Below are positions 8,990 to 18,884 of a stretch of DNA of 64,000 nt, one piece after another. A model generated the notes under the pieces. The model did no database searches. It was given only the letters and a program-made list of their open reading frames with translations, and had not been told where the DNA came from. The stretch comes from Candidatus Bathyarchaeia archaeon (GTDB lineage: Archaea > Thermoproteota > Bathyarchaeia > Bathyarchaeales > Bathycorpusculaceae), in NCBI GenBank assembly GCA_049516875.1, contig JBEKSS010000004.1, forward strand, positions 64,001 to 128,000, read 5' to 3'. Each line of letters begins with the position of its first letter. Positions within the stretch are counted from its first letter, which is position 1. The position numbers were made by a program, and so were the translations under genes.

Positions 8990-10188
8990 ATTATGCGCAG
9001 CTCTTTCCCGATCTTTTCGAATACGCCAATCGCAAAATCCAAGTCCTTCCGTGTTAAAGCAGCGTTCATTATGGTCCGTATCCTTGCTCTGTCCCTTGCA
9101 ACCATTGGAAACACAATAGGCAAAGCAAACACGCCTTCCTCGAAAAGCCGTGCACTCAGCTTCTTGGCGACGCCACTTTCACCGACTATGATGGGTGTGA
9201 TGGGTGTCTGACTGTTTCCTGTGTTGAATCCCAGGTCCTTCATTGCCTTCTTGAAGTATCTGGTGTGATCCCACAGTGTTTTGACGTGCTGCGGTTCACT
9301 TTCCAGAACGTCAATTGCCGCTATGCATGCAGCGGCGACTGCTGGAGGGTGCGACCCGCTGAGGAGCCAGGTTCGGGACTTGTTGTAGGCAAAGTTGAAC
9401 ATGTCTCTGGAGCCAGAAACGTGGCCGCCGACCACACCAAAAGCTTTTGAGAAGGTGCCCATCTCCACGTGAACCTTGTCGCGGCCGAGCTTGAAATGTG
9501 AGACTATGCCCCTGCCTCCCTCGCCCAGGACGCCTTCACCATGGGCATCATCCACAAAAACCATTGCACCATGCTCCGCACCAAGCTTGGCTATTTCGTC
9601 TAGAGGTGCGATGTCGCCGTCCATTGAGAAGACGCCGTCTGTGATTATCAAGATCCGCCTGTAGGGTGGCGAATGTTTCTCAGCATCTTCCAAGACACGT
9701 TGCAAATCCTGCGGGTCAGAATGCTTGTAGACCGCTCTTTCAGCGTGGGCCAGTCGAACACCGTCGATTATGCTGCCGTGGTTAAGCTCGTCACTTATTA
9801 TCAAATCCTCTTTGCCAACCAATTGAGGAATCAAACCCGCGTTTGCGGCAAAACCAGTCTGGTAGACCAGCGAAGCTTCTGCATGCTTGAAACTTGCAAG
9901 TCTCTTTTCAAGCTCGATATGAATATCCATTGTTCCGGCTATGGGACGAACTGAACCGGAGCCGGCCCCGTGAGTTTGAACTGCCTTTATCGCAGCTTCT
10001 TTCAATCGCGGGTGGTTGCTCAGGCCAAGGTAGTTGTTGGAGCAAAACATGAGAACCTTTTTCCCATCAACATTGCACCATGGTGAACTTGGACCTTGAA
10101 GAACTCTGATTTTCCAGTCAAGCGCGTTCTTCACCAGATCCTGATACTCTTCCCGCAAAAAAGTTGTGGGATCGCGCATTTTCACCAT
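8986..10188 (-). CDS. kbl: Glycine C-acetyltransferase (2-amino-3-ketobutyrate CoA ligase)
   Basis: FCSNNYLGL, SDELNHGSIIDG, DGVFSMDGD, DDAHG and GTFSKAFG motifs; adjacent to threonine dehydrogenase. Confidence 0.88.
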   Translation of the reverse strand: MVKMRDPTTFLREEYQDLVKNALDWKIRVLQGPSSPWCNVDGKKVLMFCSNNYLGLSNHPRLKEAAIKAVQTHGAGSGSVRPIAGTMDIHIELEKRLASFKHAEASLVYQTGFAANAGLIPQLVGKEDLIISDELNHGSIIDGVRLAHAERAVYKHSDPQDLQRVLEDAEKHSPPYRRILIITDGVFSMDGDIAPLDEIAKLGAEHGAMVFVDDAHGEGVLGEGGRGIVSHFKLGRDKVHVEMGTFSKAFGVVGGHVSGSRDMFNFAYNKSRTWLLSGSHPPAVAAACIAAIDVLESEPQHVKTLWDHTRYFKKAMKDLGFNTGNSQTPITPIIVGESGVAKKLSARLFEEGVFALPIVFPMVARDRARIRTIMNAALTRKDLDFAIGVFEKIGKELRII

Positions 10189-10234
10189 GCCTCTTTTCCC
10201 TAGTTTGGCACTCCTTCTCTTAACTCTTTCTAGC

Positions 10235-11224
10235 CTAACCGAACCCTAACAGCTTTCCTTCGGCGAAGCGTTTCGACAGTTTCTGTATCATATCCTTGGT
10301 CATCGTGGTCAGGTCATACTTTGGTTTCCAACCCCACTCTTTGCGAGCCACGCTGTCGTCAATTGACATGGGCCAAGAATCCGCGATTTTCTGTCTGAAG
10401 TCAGGCTTGTATTCGCATCTGAACTCCGGGATGTACTTCTTGATTTCAGCAGCGAGCTCGCCTGCCGAGAAACTGATTCCAGTCACGTTGTAGCCGTCAT
10501 GATGCTTAATCCGAGACGGGTCAGTCTCCATCAAATCCATGGTTGCTTTGATACAGTCCGGCATGTACATCATCGGCAGAACTGTATTCTCTCTCACAAA
10601 ACACGTGTACTGCTTTTTCTTGATGGCCTCGTAGAACATGGCCACCGCGTAGTCCGTCGTTCCGCCACCTGGAAGAACTTCAGTGCTTATTATGCCCGGA
10701 TACCTGACGCTTCGAACGTCTACACCGAACCGGTGGAAATAATAATTGCACAGAAGCTCACCTGCAACCTTGGTGACCCCGTACATGGTTCCAGGAATCA
10801 AGATGGTTTCCTGAGGAGTGTTAACGCGGGGGGCTGGTGGACTGAAAACTGCGATGGAACTCGGCCAAAACACCTTGGCCAGGCTGTGCTCCCTTGCAAT
10901 TTCAAGCACATTATAAAGACTGCCCATGTTCACGTTCCAGGCAAGCTGTGGGTTCTGCTCACCTGTAGCTGAGAGAACTGCTGCCAGATGGTAGATCGTG
11001 TCAATGTCATACCTTTTCACTGCCTTTTCAAGGTCAGCTTTTTCATTCAAGTCGATGAATTCGATTGGGCCTGACTTGAGCAGCTTCTCACTGGGCTTCT
11101 TGGTGTGTCCTACCGCAACGACGTTGTCTCCGCCGTACTTGTTCCGCAACTCTAGCGTTAACTCTGAGCCAATCTGGCCCGTGGCGCCAGTCACCATTAT
11201 CTTGTTCGTCCTTTTCGCCGGCAT
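10235..11224 (-). CDS. tdh: L-threonine 3-dehydrogenase (SDR type)
   Basis: GATGQIG, HLAAVLSATGE, PSSIAVF, YGVTK and PGGGTTDYAV motifs. Confidence 0.9.
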   Translation of the reverse strand: MPAKRTNKIMVTGATGQIGSELTLELRNKYGGDNVVAVGHTKKPSEKLLKSGPIEFIDLNEKADLEKAVKRYDIDTIYHLAAVLSATGEQNPQLAWNVNMGSLYNVLEIAREHSLAKVFWPSSIAVFSPPAPRVNTPQETILIPGTMYGVTKVAGELLCNYYFHRFGVDVRSVRYPGIISTEVLPGGGTTDYAVAMFYEAIKKKQYTCFVRENTVLPMMYMPDCIKATMDLMETDPSRIKHHDGYNVTGISFSAGELAAEIKKYIPEFRCEYKPDFRQKIADSWPMSIDDSVARKEWGWKPKYDLTTMTKDMIQKLSKRFAEGKLLGFG

Positions 11225-11432
11225 TCTACAGCCTCTTCTATTGCCTGCAAGCGTTTAGAATTTTGGCATATAAGAATTTTCAGACGAAAAAGCCGTTTTC
11301 ACGTCACTTTTGTGTGTGCAGTCGTATCTTAGTTCCAAGCTTCTCAGACATTTCTTCCAAACGTTTTCAAAATGCGCTTGTTTTGTGAAAATGGTTTATA
11401 CCTCACGCAGCAAATCTCATCATCGACAAATC

Positions 11433-12551
11433 ATGAGGTTAGGCTTGATTGTCAACCCCATCGCTGGAATGGGAGGCAAAGTCGGCCTGAAAGGAACAGA
11501 CAATGTCTTAGAAGAAGCGTTGGATAGAGGAGCACAGCCAGTAGCGCCAACAAGAGCGGCAGAATTTCTGAAGAAGCTTAAGGAGAACTTGGCAGAGGCG
11601 CCAATTGAGATTCTAACTTGCCCCGGAATCATGGGTGAAAAAGAAGCAGAAGTGGCAGGTTTTCCCGTTCAGACTCTGCCCATGAAGATTGGCAGGAAAA
11701 CATCTGCTGAAGACACGAAGATGGCAGTGGAGCTTTTGATAGGGGCAAACGCGGATTTGATAGTTTTTGTCGGAGGGGACGGTACAGCCAAAGACATTTT
11801 CGACGCACAGCAAGGCTGCAAAGAGACACCGGTTCTAGGCGTCCCCTCCGGGGTGAAGATGTACAGCGGCGTTTTTGCAGTGAGCCCTGCAGACGCTGTG
11901 GACGTAGTCTTGGCCTTCGTACAGAAAGAAGCGGAAATAACCGAGTTTGAAATCATGGACTCTGATGAAAAGGCGATACGAAATGATTCCTTTGCCGTGA
12001 AGCTCCATGGTTACATGAAGGGACCTTTTCTTCCGGCTCGCATTCAGGGAAGCAAACAGATAAGCCCAGAAACAATAGACGAAAAAGACAATCAAACGGC
12101 AACAGCGAAATTCATAATAGAAGAAAGACAGCCAGAGGCAACGTGGATTCTTGGCCCAGGAACGACCGTCAAACGCGTTGCAGAACTGCTCGGTATCGAA
12201 AAGACAGTTCTTGGCGTAGACATATACAAAGATGGCAGGGTGATTCTTGACGTGAGTGAGGAAAAAATTCTAGAAGAAGTGAACAACTGGCAGAGCACTT
12301 GGATTGTTGTCTCGCCCATAGGGCATCAGGGAATAATTCTGGGAAGAGGAAACCAACAGATAAGCCCAGAAATCATAAAACGCGTTGGAAAACAGCGAAT
12401 ACTAGTCGTAGCAACCAAGAGCAAGCTTGAAAACATGGAAGAAAAGGTTTTGAGGGTCGACACTGGCGACACAGAGGCAGATAAGATGCTAAGGGGATAC
12501 ATCAGAGTCATTACAGACTACAGAGAATGGCGTCTCATGCCCGTCCAGTAA
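11433..12551 (+). CDS. ATP-NAD kinase family protein
   Basis: NPIAGMGGKVGLKGTD, GGDGTAKD, GVKMYSGVF and GRGNQQIS motifs; ATG at 11433. Confidence 0.85.
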   Translation: MRLGLIVNPIAGMGGKVGLKGTDNVLEEALDRGAQPVAPTRAAEFLKKLKENLAEAPIEILTCPGIMGEKEAEVAGFPVQTLPMKIGRKTSAEDTKMAVELLIGANADLIVFVGGDGTAKDIFDAQQGCKETPVLGVPSGVKMYSGVFAVSPADAVDVVLAFVQKEAEITEFEIMDSDEKAIRNDSFAVKLHGYMKGPFLPARIQGSKQISPETIDEKDNQTATAKFIIEERQPEATWILGPGTTVKRVAELLGIEKTVLGVDIYKDGRVILDVSEEKILEEVNNWQSTWIVVSPIGHQGIILGRGNQQISPEIIKRVGKQRILVVATKSKLENMEEKVLRVDTGDTEADKMLRGYIRVITDYREWRLMPVQ

Positions 12552-12553
12552 GG

Positions 12554-13810
12554 TCAGGCTCCAAACTTCCTGGTTTTCTCAAGCAAATCCATTAGGGTAG
12601 GCATCAAATCCGCGCCTCTTATCCTGTTCAAGCCCCCTCTGGCGCAAGACCTTTCGCCGAATTCGGCAACGCCATCCCTGCGAACGTACGGCCCGCTAAT
12701 TACCACAGGAACAGGGTCTCCCTCATGGTTTCCGGTCACGCACGAAGTAGTGTGATCAGCAGTCACAGCCAAATAAGTGGAATCCAAAACTACGTGGTCA
12801 AGTATGAAGCGAAGCATCTCATCAACCTTTTGCACCACTTCAATTTTCAGCTTGATGTTTCCATCATGGCTAGCAACATCCGTGGCTTTCACGTGCAGCA
12901 ACACAAAATCGTTAGTTCTCAGTGCTTCAACAGCCGCCTTGGCTTTGGCCATGTAATTGGTTTGAGGCGTGCCAGTTGCGCCTTTGACATTTATCAACTT
13001 CATCCCAGCGACCCTGCAGACTCCGCGGATCAAAGGTACCGCAGCTATACATGCAGCTTTGATTCCAAACGCTTCAGAAAGGGGAGTTATCTTCGGAATA
13101 GTGCCTGCACCTCTGCACAAAACCATGTTTGCTACAGGCAGCTTGTGGGCGGCACGTTTCTTGTTGACCGGATGTTCCTTCAAAACCTTGTGAAACTCTT
13201 GCATCAGCTCATTGACAATCCTAGCTGTACGCCTGGCTTCAGGAAGACCACTCAGAGGCTTCACTTCCAAAACAGGTTTTCCCGCCACCTCTGGGTCCGA
13301 ATCACTGATGGCCGTTGATAGGCTGTGCCCGCGAATAACCAAGGCGGCTCGATGCTGAACAGTGTTTTTGAAAAAAAATCCAACATTGAGAGACTTCCTA
13401 AGCTTGACATTCTGCAGACTTTCAGCCAATTTCGCCGCATCCTCATTCGCTATTCTGCCAGCTCTTCTGTCCAGAACCACAAAGTTCTTGTCCACAGTTG
13501 CAAAATTACATCTAAAAGCAACGTCCCCAGGCAGAACCTCCACACCGGAACCCACAGCTTCCAAAGCACCTCGACCAGAATAAACTTTCAAGGAGTCATA
13601 TCCAAGCAAGGCAAGAGTGGAAGCGTCACTCCCCGGAGGTATTCCAGGGGCTATAGGATCAAGTATGCCACTGACACCCTTTTTGGCTAACTGATTCAAC
13701 GCCGGCTTACGGGCTGCTTCCAAAGGAGTTTTCCAATCAAGCTCCCTAATCGGCCTATCAGCCATTCCATCCACAATAACTAATATTGCCTTCAAATTCA
13801 TCCTTACCAT
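12554..13810 (-). CDS. apgM: 2,3-BPG-independent phosphoglycerate mutase (archaeal type)
   Basis: DGMADRP, TPLEAA, PGSD, GRGALEA, DRRAGRI, DVASHDG and TADHTT motifs. Confidence 0.92.
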   Translation of the reverse strand: MVRMNLKAILVIVDGMADRPIRELDWKTPLEAARKPALNQLAKKGVSGILDPIAPGIPPGSDASTLALLGYDSLKVYSGRGALEAVGSGVEVLPGDVAFRCNFATVDKNFVVLDRRAGRIANEDAAKLAESLQNVKLRKSLNVGFFFKNTVQHRAALVIRGHSLSTAISDSDPEVAGKPVLEVKPLSGLPEARRTARIVNELMQEFHKVLKEHPVNKKRAAHKLPVANMVLCRGAGTIPKITPLSEAFGIKAACIAAVPLIRGVCRVAGMKLINVKGATGTPQTNYMAKAKAAVEALRTNDFVLLHVKATDVASHDGNIKLKIEVVQKVDEMLRFILDHVVLDSTYLAVTADHTTSCVTGNHEGDPVPVVISGPYVRRDGVAEFGERSCARGGLNRIRGADLMPTLMDLLEKTRKFGA

Positions 13811-14060
13811 TTATGCCCTAAGAACATACTTAATTTTAGATTGCGGCGGTTAAAACACTTGCGCATTCAATGAAAAGGACACAGGGGAGAAGACAGGCAA
13901 AGAAAATGTTTAATAGATTCTCTCTGCAATTTCATAGAAAGTGGTTGAAAATGGGCGATTGCGTTCCACGTTGCTGAATTCTCGCAAAACTTGGCCCATT
14001 TCGGGAAAAACCCCGCGGCAGAATTATGTTCTACAACTAGAACACAAAGGAGAGACCCAA

Positions 14061-15524
14061 ATGCCAAAACCAGCAAGAACTAGTGAAAAAGCTATTCCAA
14101 AAGAAAAATGGAGTAGACATTTCGGCAAGTGGTTTAGAAACGTTTTGATAGAAGGAAAAATCCTTGACTACAGGTACCCAATAAAAGGATGCGCGGTCTG
14201 GCTTCCGTACGGGTTCAGAATACGAGAAAATGTCTTCTGCGTGATTCGAAACCAGTTGGACTCAACAGGGCACAGTGAAGCTCTGTTTCCGCTCCTTATT
14301 CCAGAAGCGTCCCTGCAGAAGGAAGCTGAACATGTAGAAGGGTTTGAAGCCCAAGTCTTCTGGGTCACCAAAGGCGGACAAAGACAGTTGAAACAGCATC
14401 TAGCTTTGAGGCCGACAAGTGAAACCGTCATCGGACCTATGGAGCATTTGTGGATACGCTCCCGCGCAGATTTGCCCTTGAAACTCTATCAGATAGTGAC
14501 GGTCTTCAGGTTTGAAACCAAGGCGACAAGGCCGATCCTTAGAATGCGTGAATTCGACTTCAAAGAAGCACACACAGCACATGCAACAGAAGAAGAGGCA
14601 GAAGCTGAAGTGAGAGAGGAGATAGACAATTATAGGAAAATCTTCGATGCACTGTGCGTGGCCTATTGCGTTTCCAGAAGACCGGAATGGGACAAATTCG
14701 CGGGCGCGAAGTACTCCACAGCCTTCGATATGATATGTCCTGATGGAAGAACTTTGCAGATAGGGACAGTTCATCACCTTGGACAGCACTTCTCCAAAGC
14801 TTTCGACGTCTCGTACGAAACAAAGGACGGCGGCAGGGAATATGTCTGGCAGACATGTGCCGGAATCTCAGGGAGAGGAATAGCATCAGTCCTAGTCATG
14901 CATGGCGACGACCACGGAGTAATCTTGCCTCCTAGAATCGCGCCGATACAGGTAATAGTCATCCCGATTCCGTACAAGGGTAAAGCAGAGCTTGTGAACA
15001 AAGAGTGCTTAGAAGCTGCGCAAGGACTGAGAAAGAAAGGGTTCAGAGTTGAAGTTGACATAAGAGAGGGCATCACGCCAGGATCAAAATACTTCGAATG
15101 GGAATTGAGAGGCGTCCCAATCCGCGTTGAAATTGGTCCTAGGGACATTGAAAAAGGAGAAGCCACGGTCGTTAGAAGAGACACCTTAGAAAAGCAAACG
15201 TGCAGGCGAAGCGATCTCGCAGAATTCCTCACAAAGATCGCAGAAAGAATCACTGAAGACGTGAGACAAAGAGCTTGGCAATGGACAAGGCAACACGTTC
15301 ACAGCACCGACAAGCTGGAAGAAGCAAAGAGGCTCCTGGAGAAACATACTGGAATAGTTGAAGTGCGATGGTGTGGCAAGACAGAGTGCGGACATAGGCT
15401 GGAAGAGGTTACCAGCGCGCGGGTCCTGGGCACTCCAGAGGATACTGAGCAAAAAGTTGATGGGAAATGCATAATCTGCGGTGAGAAAGCAAAGTCAATA
15501 GTCAGAGCCGCGATAGCATACTGA
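14061..15524 (+). CDS. proS: Prolyl-tRNA synthetase (archaeal/eukaryotic type)
   Basis: [41 protein letters not shown] and [12 protein letters not shown] motifs; C-terminal Zn site. Confidence 0.95.
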   Translation: MPKPARTSEKAIPKEKWSRHFGKWFRNVLIEGKILDYRYPIKGCAVWLPYGFRIRENVFCVIRNQLDSTGHSEALFPLLIPEASLQKEAEHVEGFEAQVFWVTKGGQRQLKQHLALRPTSETVIGPMEHLWIRSRADLPLKLYQIVTVFRFETKATRPILRMREFDFKEAHTAHATEEEAEAEVREEIDNYRKIFDALCVAYCVSRRPEWDKFAGAKYSTAFDMICPDGRTLQIGTVHHLGQHFSKAFDVSYETKDGGREYVWQTCAGISGRGIASVLVMHGDDHGVILPPRIAPIQVIVIPIPYKGKAELVNKECLEAAQGLRKKGFRVEVDIREGITPGSKYFEWELRGVPIRVEIGPRDIEKGEATVVRRDTLEKQTCRRSDLAEFLTKIAERITEDVRQRAWQWTRQHVHSTDKLEEAKRLLEKHTGIVEVRWCGKTECGHRLEEVTSARVLGTPEDTEQKVDGKCIICGEKAKSIVRAAIAY

Positions 15525-15538
15525 GCATCATGTCTTTT

Positions 15539-17374
15539 TCACTCCACAAGTTTTACGTGTTTTCTAAGCTCCTGTACGACATCCTTCAGACCGAGTTTTG
15601 ACAAAGTCAATTTCTTGGGTATCCCGCGTCCATCCCAGCCTCTTTTCCGATAGTAATTCTGTAACATACTGTCGTATTTGGCTCTGTCGAGTTTCATTCC
15701 TTTCAGCGGGCCCTTAGACAAGGGTTCCTCAAACCACCTGTCAGCTGGAAAATCCATCTCGGCACTCCATTTTTTACCGAACTCGCGAATCCAGAAGGCT
15801 CTTGTCAAGTTGAAAACTCTGTCAGCGATAACGTTCAAGTCTTCCCATGACATTTCCATGCCTGTTGCTGCGTGTAGAAGTTTCGTATACCAATCGAGCT
15901 CAAGGCCTACTTCAATCCATGGAAATCTGCAGACTGTCAAACACTCGAAAACGCCTCCACGGATGCGTTGCAGCTCGATGACTTTGTCGACTTTTTCGAC
16001 TGTGTAGCCTTTCCGTCCGGTTTTTACTTCCCAAGAAATCACCCACGCATCCTTATGATGAGCCCCTATTGAACAGGTTCCGTAAGCCAGTGCCATTGCA
16101 GGCGTCGTGTGGCAGTCATACGCTGAAACTTCTAAGCCCTTGACATGCATTGCCCAGCGATTTGAGTCCTGACCTATTTCCTCAGAAGCTGAATAGACGC
16201 CGTCTGCCAAGAGGTTACCCAGACCCTCTTGTCTGTATGCTATTTCTTTAATCAGTGCTTTTGCCGCTTTGAATCTTCCCCAAGGAATCTTCTCGTCAAT
16301 GAGCCCCTTTTCAGAGGCTTCCATCGCAAAGCCAAGAACGTTGCCCAAAGAAATCGTGTCCAAGCCATATTCGTCCGCGACTCTGTTGAGAGCTGCCACT
16401 TGCTTCAGGTTACCCAGTCCAATGTTTGAACCCAGCATTGCAACGTTCTCGTAATCAAGCTCTGACTCTTTTCTGTCAGAGTCTTTGACGATGTTGCCGC
16501 ATGTCATGTTGCATTGGGGACAGCCGCGATTGGAGACCTTTATTTTTTCCATAGCAAAGCCGCCTATGGCTTCTGCTTTCTCAAAGACTCCTTCGCTGTA
16601 GTTGTATGCTGGAAGCACGCTGTTTTCTTGGCTCCATTCGATTGTGCTCATGGTGCCTTGACGTTTCCAGAAAGCATAGTTGGGTTTGGTCAAGACTTCT
16701 CGGTAAGCCTCGGTGCCCAACTCTTGCATTTCTTTAGGATAGGCAGCCTGCAGATCATGGGAGCCTTTGAAGACAACCGCTTTCAGTACCTTGGATCCCA
16801 TGACCGCGCCCATTCCGGGTCTGCCGCCGGAACGGCCCTCTTGTGAAACGATTGTTGCGTATCTCACGAGATTTTCTCCCGCTTGGCCGATGCAGAGAAT
16901 GCCCGCGTTGCGTCCATAGATGCTGCTAAGTCTTCTCTCAGTTTCAAAGGAGTTCAAGTCCCAAAGATCTTCTGCATCAAGGAATTCGGTGGACTCGTCT
17001 CGAACAACTAGAAACATCGGCTTCTTGGCCCTGCCTTCGACGATTACAGCGTCATAACCAGCCCTACGCATTTGGACAGCAGCAAGAGTGCCGATGTTTC
17101 CGTCTCCGTAACCGCCGGTCAGTGGACTCTTGGATGCTACAACGAGCTTGCCGCTGCTTGGCAATGAAAAACCCGTCAACGGGCCAGCTGCGAAGACAAG
17201 TTTGTTCTCAGGCGAAAAGGGATCGATTCCTTGTTTCAGTTCGTCCCAAAGAATCTTGGCTGCGAACCCTCTGCCGCCGAGAAAGCAGCGCGCCACACTT
17301 GCCTCATAAGCGTCTGCGACTGCCTTACGCTTGCTTAGGTTCACGTGTAAGAACTTGCCGGTCCATCCGAACAT
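15539..17374 (-). CDS. for: Tungsten formaldehyde:ferredoxin oxidoreductase (FOR-type AOR family)
   Basis: KSPLTGGYGDGNIG, SQEGRSGGRPGMGAVMGSK, CPQCNMTC, ELDYENVAMLG and GAHHKDAW motifs. Confidence 0.85.
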   Translation of the reverse strand: MFGWTGKFLHVNLSKRKAVADAYEASVARCFLGGRGFAAKILWDELKQGIDPFSPENKLVFAAGPLTGFSLPSSGKLVVASKSPLTGGYGDGNIGTLAAVQMRRAGYDAVIVEGRAKKPMFLVVRDESTEFLDAEDLWDLNSFETERRLSSIYGRNAGILCIGQAGENLVRYATIVSQEGRSGGRPGMGAVMGSKVLKAVVFKGSHDLQAAYPKEMQELGTEAYREVLTKPNYAFWKRQGTMSTIEWSQENSVLPAYNYSEGVFEKAEAIGGFAMEKIKVSNRGCPQCNMTCGNIVKDSDRKESELDYENVAMLGSNIGLGNLKQVAALNRVADEYGLDTISLGNVLGFAMEASEKGLIDEKIPWGRFKAAKALIKEIAYRQEGLGNLLADGVYSASEEIGQDSNRWAMHVKGLEVSAYDCHTTPAMALAYGTCSIGAHHKDAWVISWEVKTGRKGYTVEKVDKVIELQRIRGGVFECLTVCRFPWIEVGLELDWYTKLLHAATGMEMSWEDLNVIADRVFNLTRAFWIREFGKKWSAEMDFPADRWFEEPLSKGPLKGMKLDRAKYDSMLQNYYRKRGWDGRGIPKKLTLSKLGLKDVVQELRKHVKLVE

Positions 17375-17447
17375 GTCGATAACCCGCCCTAGAATGAGTG
17401 TGTAATAATTCTATCTGAAAGTAGATAAATCTAATTGTGCGTGAAAG

Positions 17448-18734
17448 CTATATTACGAGCCTTTCAGGTTCGACGCTTCTTTTTTTCAGGCCTAAGTCGC
17501 TCACTCGGAATTTTCTTTCTCCGTACAGCAGGGCGTGTTCTTCGTCTTTGTAGAGTGCTGCGGCAATTCTTCCGATTGAATCAGCCTTTAATATGCCGCT
17601 TCCACTTGCACCCCCAACAACCATCAGATCGTTTTCTTCGAAGATTACTGGTTGCCCGTCGAGGCTGTTGATTTCATATAATCCGGCAAAGGCTGAAAAA
17701 GGTTGGCAATCTTTAAACTGTGGGAAGTATTTAACCATGACTTGGTACAGGCCATACTTGTAGTAGTTCTCCTCAGGTTCAGGTTCTTCTTCAATCTTGA
17801 ATGCTCTTGGAAATTCGTCAGCGTACGCCAGCCATAGGGCATCTTCTTCGGGGGCGGGTCGAATGTAAGCTGAAGGTTTAGGAAGAATCGTGAACGGTAA
17901 GCATCCAGTGTTTGTGAATTCCTTTGATAGCAACAGCTTTTTCAGTCCCTCAGTTCTTGCTTTAATCGAGAAGACTTGCCGCTTCTTGGCCTTGATAAAG
18001 CATTCAATTCCGACGGGGTCCAGAAGCTGCGAAGCCCAAGCTCCAGCTGCGATTATTGTCTTCTTCGCTCTTATCGGGCCTCTACTGCTTTTGACCCCCG
18101 TGATTGTTGCGTCCTGCCAGAAGTAAGGTTCACCGGGCATTCCTAAGGGCTGACGAGGTTCAACAACAACTTCCTTCACGTCAGTGTTGTACTGAATCTT
18201 TCCTCCAAGCTTCAGAAACTCTGACTCGTAAAACTTCACGAGAGAGTCAACGTCAATTAGACCCGCCTTCGGAATCAGTATTCCCTCGTAGACATTTCCC
18301 AGACCCATCATTTTTGCCTCTTCGTCATCCACAAAACTTGTTCTCATCTCAAGCTTTTTGGCCAATTCAGCCTCATCGTATTCTTTGTATTGGAAACCTC
18401 TGGCGCCCAGTTCCTTCAGAACCGGGAGCATTTTGCGGTAGCCATCCTCGTCAAAGAACCACAAGTAACCGGCCCATCGCAGTTTCAAATCCACATGCAA
18501 ATCATTCTGGACATGTTTATAGAATTCAGCGGAAGAATCTGCTAGGGCAAAGTTTGTGCGAGAAGCAAAAAGACAGCGAAATGCGGCGGCGCTCTTCGCC
18601 GTGCTGCCTTGACCAGCGGCACCTCTCTTGTCGACAACTAGGATGTTCAGGTCAGGATTTCGGGTCTTCAGGTGATAGGCTGTTGCCAAACCCAGAATTC
18701 CTGCACCCACTGTGATCACGTCGTATTCTGCCAT
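17448..18734 (-). CDS. FAD-dependent oxidoreductase (DAO / sarcosine oxidase beta / proline dehydrogenase-like)
   Basis: GAGILG, GSTAKSAA, AAGAW and GGASGSGILKAD motifs. Confidence 0.85.
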   Translation of the reverse strand: MAEYDVITVGAGILGLATAYHLKTRNPDLNILVVDKRGAAGQGSTAKSAAAFRCLFASRTNFALADSSAEFYKHVQNDLHVDLKLRWAGYLWFFDEDGYRKMLPVLKELGARGFQYKEYDEAELAKKLEMRTSFVDDEEAKMMGLGNVYEGILIPKAGLIDVDSLVKFYESEFLKLGGKIQYNTDVKEVVVEPRQPLGMPGEPYFWQDATITGVKSSRGPIRAKKTIIAAGAWASQLLDPVGIECFIKAKKRQVFSIKARTEGLKKLLLSKEFTNTGCLPFTILPKPSAYIRPAPEEDALWLAYADEFPRAFKIEEEPEPEENYYKYGLYQVMVKYFPQFKDCQPFSAFAGLYEINSLDGQPVIFEENDLMVVGGASGSGILKADSIGRIAAALYKDEEHALLYGERKFRVSDLGLKKRSVEPERLVI

Positions 18735-18884
18735 AGTGTGTGCACCAAACTTGGGAGTCAAGTATTGAATCAGAGAAGATTTAAACTTAGCCGTCATGAC
18801 CGACTTAAGGTCACATTATAAGAGAACGCTTATTTACCTCCGAGAAATATGATTTACAGCATTACGGGAAACTGGGGGACATAT